45,664 nucleotides of DNA from Catalimonadaceae bacterium (lineage in GTDB: Bacteria > Bacteroidota > Bacteroidia > Cytophagales > Flexibacteraceae), in contig DAIMZG010000001.1 in the NCBI GenBank assembly GCA_036734065.1, positions 1 to 45,664 on the forward strand, written 5' to 3'. The notes under the pieces were generated by a model. It worked only from the letters and a program-made list of their open reading frames with translations. It was not told where the DNA came from and did not search any database. The position numbers and the translations under genes were made by a program. How positions within the stretch are numbered: position 1 is the first letter of the stretch; the number at the start of each line of letters is the position of its first letter. Positions 43,929 through 45,664 of this stretch are shown here, piece after piece.

Positions 43929-43936
43929 TATTTTGA

Positions 43937-44497
43937 TCAGGATTGTTTTTCAACCTGGAAGTAGTTCAATTCTACGGGCGTATTACGCCCGAAGATCTTC
44001 ACCATTACGTTAAGCTTTTTACGTTCTTTGAATACCTCTTCCACCGTACCCGAAAAACCATTGAACGGCCCGTCCATTACTTTTACCATTTCACCTACGA
44101 TGAAAGGCGTGTCGAGCATCACTTCGTCTTGTTCGGTTTCGTCTACCTTGCCCAGTATCCGGTTGATTTCGGACTGGCGCAAGGGCACCGGAACTTTGTT
44201 AGGCCCCGTGCCGTCACCTTGGCCCAGAAAGCCAATTACTCCCGGAATGCTCGTGATCACGTGGGTGGTCTCGCCCGAACTAAGGTCGGCCGAGATGATC
44301 ACGTATCCCGGAAAAAAATTCCGTTCCCGCACCCGCTTTTTACCGTTGCGCATCTCGTACACTTTTTCCGAAGGTATAAGCACCTGCGAAATAGCTTCTT
44401 CGAGATGGTTGCGGTTAATTTCGTTTTCGAGGTACGTCTTCACCTTTTTTTCTTGACCGGCTACCGCCCGGACCACGTACCAGCTGTGTTCAGTCAT
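43937..44497 (-). CDS. nusG: transcription termination/antitermination factor NusG
   Basis: NGN domain [20 protein letters not shown] and KOW domain [21 protein letters not shown]. Confidence 0.97.
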   Translation of the reverse strand: MTEHSWYVVRAVAGQEKKVKTYLENEINRNHLEEAISQVLIPSEKVYEMRNGKKRVRERNFFPGYVIISADLSSGETTHVITSIPGVIGFLGQGDGTGPNKVPVPLRQSEINRILGKVDETEQDEVMLDTPFIVGEMVKVMDGPFNGFSGTVEEVFKERKKLNVMVKIFGRNTPVELNYFQVEKQS

Positions 44498-44513
44498 AGC
44501 CTTGAGGTGTTTA

Positions 44514-44714
44514 TCAGAGGCTATAAAGCACCGCCATCAAGTTCTCGAATCCGAAGTCAATAGCCCCGATGAACAGCGCAAAAATCAGAGAAGCTATCAG
44601 CACCAGACGCGAGTCGCGCTGCAGGTTGCTCACGGTTGGCCACGTAACTTTGTGACGCATTTCGTCTACTGATTCCCGAAAGTAAGCGGCTAGCTTGTTC
44701 ATTTTTACTGTCAT
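44514..44714 (-). CDS. secE: preprotein translocase subunit SecE
   Basis: F.ES..E..KV.WPT followed by a single C-terminal TM helix, in the classical position between tRNA-Trp and nusG. ATG 44702 is an alternative start. Confidence 0.9.
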   Translation of the reverse strand: MTVKMNKLAAYFRESVDEMRHKVTWPTVSNLQRDSRLVLIASLIFALFIGAIDFGFENLMAVLYSL

Positions 44715-44718
44715 TATG

Positions 44719-44791
44719 CACGGGTGGAGGGACTCGAACCCCCAGCCAACGGTTTTGGAGACCGCTACTCTACCAATTGAGCTACACCCGT
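44719..44791 (-). tRNA. trnW: tRNA-Trp (anticodon CCA)
   Basis: A 73-nt cloverleaf read by hand. Acceptor ACGGGTG/CACCCGT with discriminator G, anticodon arm GCGGT-CTCCAAA-ACCGT, and T-arm GGGGG-TTCGAGT-CCCTC. No 3' CCA is encoded. Confidence 0.93.
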
Positions 44792-44814
44792 AAGTTAAAA
44801 GGCTAAAGGGAGGG

Positions 44815-44822
44815 CAAATTTA
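44815..44822 (-). promoter_or_regulatory. candidate -7 box TAAATTTG upstream of tRNA-Trp/secE/nusG
   Basis: The octamer matches TAnnTTTG 24 nt upstream of the tRNA 5' end. The -33 element is unclear: a TTG sits at N14 and only TTT at N20. Confidence 0.45.
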
Positions 44823-44841
44823 CGGCTTATAGCCGACAAAT

Positions 44842-44870
44842 AAAAGCGCCCTTGAAAATTTCAAGGGCGC
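44842..44870 (-). terminator. rho-independent terminator after tuf
   Basis: A 10-bp stem, gcgcccttga (44846-44855) paired with tcaagggcgc (44861-44870), is followed by U4 on the minus strand (plus-strand aaaa at 44842-44845). Confidence 0.7.
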
Positions 44871-44891
44871 TTTTGGGGAAAATTTTTCGGA

Positions 44892-45664
44892 CTAGTCGAA
44901 AATCTCGGTTACCTGACCGGCACCCACAGTACGGCCTCCTTCGCGAATGGCAAAGCGAAGGCCTTTTTCCATGGCTACTTTGTTGATGAGTTCTACCTTG
45001 ATGGTGACGTTGTCGCCGGGCATCACCATCTCTACGTTTTCGGGGAGGCTGATTTCACCCGTTACGTCGGTGGTGCGCAGGTAGAACTGCGGACGGTATT
45101 TGTTGAAAAAAGGTGTGTGGCGACCGCCTTCTTCTTTCGAGAGTACGTACACCTCGGCGGCGAAGCTCTGGTGGGGCTTTACTGATCCGGGCTTGCAGAT
45201 AACCATGCCACGGCGGATTTGGGTCTTGTCTACCCCGCGCAACAGCAAACCTACGTTGTCGCCCGCTTCGCCCCGGTCGAGGATCTTACGGAACATTTCT
45301 ACGCCTGTCACGGTGGACTTGAGGTTCTCGGCACCCATGCCCAGAATGTCTACAGCGTCGCCCGTTTTGATAACACCGCGTTCGATACGACCCGTAGCCA
45401 CTGTACCGCGACCCGTGATCGAGAACACGTCTTCGACAGGCATCAAGAAATCTTTGTCAATCAGACGCTCGGGCAGCGGGATGTGCTCGTCCACGGCCGT
45501 CATTAGTTCTTCTACTTTCTCTACCCACTTGGCTTCGCCGTTGAGCGCGCCCAGGGCCGAACCTTGTACGACGGGAATGTTGTCGCCGTCGAATTCGTAG
45601 AAGCTGAGCAGTTCGCGAATTTCCATCTCGACGAGTTCGAGCAGCTCTTCGTCGTCCACCATGT
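44892..45664 (-). CDS. tuf: elongation factor Tu, C-terminal two-thirds (5' end outside the window)
   Basis: The frame is open to the window edge. It contains [19 protein letters not shown], domain [15 protein letters not shown], and domain III ending [18 protein letters not shown]. Confidence 0.97.
   Translation of the reverse strand, partial: MVDDEELLELVEMEIRELLSFYEFDGDNIPVVQGSALGALNGEAKWVEKVEELMTAVDEHIPLPERLIDKDFLMPVEDVFSITGRGTVATGRIERGVIKTGDAVDILGMGAENLKSTVTGVEMFRKILDRGEAGDNVGLLLRGVDKTQIRRGMVICKPGSVKPHQSFAAEVYVLSKEEGGRHTPFFNKYRPQFYLRTTDVTGEISLPENVEMVMPGDNVTIKVELINKVAMEKGLRFAIREGGRTVGAGQVTEIFD

Overview
This looks like a core chromosomal segment of a fairly high-GC Bacteroidota genome, probably Cytophagales-like. 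That placement is an inference from three things: TTG-N20-TAnnTTTG promoters, a T9SS C-terminal sorting domain, and a DUF3467-like gene after rpoC. I found no rRNA, CRISPR array, transposase, integrase or phage genes.

Left part (1-14.7 kb, mixed strands): asnS (3' part), a secreted CarboxypepD_reg-like protein, an ArsR-family regulator, a HAD hydrolase, rarA, a small lipoprotein, a CDF metal exporter, recA, dnaG, an orphan 95-aa protein, a GT4-type glycosyltransferase, and a tightly coupled four-gene envelope operon (PASTA protein, T9SS cargo, lipoprotein, beta-barrel).

Right part (14.7-45.7 kb, all on the minus strand): the full transcription/translation supercluster. The order is tuf (partial), tRNA-Trp, secE, nusG, rplKAJL, rpoBC, DUF3467-like, rpsL, rpsG, fusA, rpsJ, then rplC through rplQ. 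That last block includes secY, map, infA, rpoA and rpmJ, which the ORF track missed.

Most of the window is ordinary housekeeping DNA. Four things are most worth following up:
- the uncharacterised PASTA/T9SS/lipoprotein/barrel operon;
- the self-contained 95-aa orphan gene with its own promoter and terminator;
- an 11-bp direct repeat bracketing the recA -33 element;
- the promoter/terminator map, which redefines several start codons and operon boundaries.

All calls come from reading the sequence and recalling protein families. No database search or folding calculation was possible.
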